Source: Felis catus | Taxonomy: Eukaryota | DNA: 64,000 nt | Direction: 5' to 3' | Assembly: GCF_018350175.1 (NCBI RefSeq) | Contig: NC_058368.1 | Location: forward strand, 224,070,001-224,134,000 | Shown here: piece by piece, positions 63,370 to 64,000 of the stretch | How positions within the stretch are numbered: the stretch's first letter is position 1 | Layout of the letters: each line of letters opens with the position of its first letter | The notes under the pieces: generated by a model | Databases searched by the model: none | Told to the model about the DNA's origin: nothing | What the model saw: the letters and a program-made list of their open reading frames with translations, nothing else | Position numbers and translations under genes: made by a program

Positions 63370-64000
63370 ATAAAATTGATTTCTAAATAATGTTACCTGA
63401 AAAATAATAATCATTGTGTAAGAAAGTCTAAATTTCTGTTAAGGAGAAAAACTTAAAAAAAGGAATGTCTGCCTTCCTGTTGCAACTTTAGGGGCAAAAA
63501 TATACCTGCTCTGTGAGAGAGACTGCAGAGTTCATAATTAAGTGAATAAAAGATTATTAATAGCAAATAATGAATGAATAAAATATTTTCAATGTGATAA
63601 CATCCTGTCTTTCAAGCTTCACCAGAATGAGTTTGAATTAATAGACTTTTCCTCTTCGTTTCTACTACCCATACTGAAATGTATTGAACTACTGATGATG
63701 ACATTTGTTACATTTAAAGATGTGTCCAGAGGAATAATGCTTTAATTCCTGAACACGGCTAACCTTTGAATGACTTCTAAAGACCTTAACAATGTTTGCC
63801 GGAAAGATGATAAAATAAGTATAATACAAGAATCCTAAAAAAAAATAAAAAAAAAAAAAACATTGAGAAATTGAAACAATTTGTAGAAATGCCCATAGAG
63901 GAGCACTCTAAAGCTAAGTAAGAATCCTCTCCTGAGTATTTTAATGATGACACAGTAATAACAAGGGATGATTTTTTTTAACTCAAACATAATTTCCTAA

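Overview
This is AT-rich, repeat-dense mammalian DNA from a cat-family (felid) genome, judged from about 32 tRNA-derived CAN-SINEs, several of the young SINEC_Fc type, and carnivore L1 3' ends. I see no protein-coding gene, RNA gene or CpG island. The ORF track reflects SINEs, microsatellites, decayed L1 and chance frames. The window looks like intergenic or deep intronic sequence built from SINEs, L1 fragments, MaLR/ERV LTRs, MIR/L2 relics and simple repeats. I found no credible new multi-gene system. The most interesting signals are mechanistic footprints: a twin-primed L1 with a large internal deletion, an L1 3' end patched with an ORF2 piece, two triple-nested SINE stacks, a 3'-truncated young SINE, a probable LTR-int-LTR MaLR provirus, a 149-bp dispersed duplication and several template-switch palindromes. 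Repeat subfamily names come from recalled consensus motifs, not a database search. Boundaries without target-site duplications (TSDs) are approximate.
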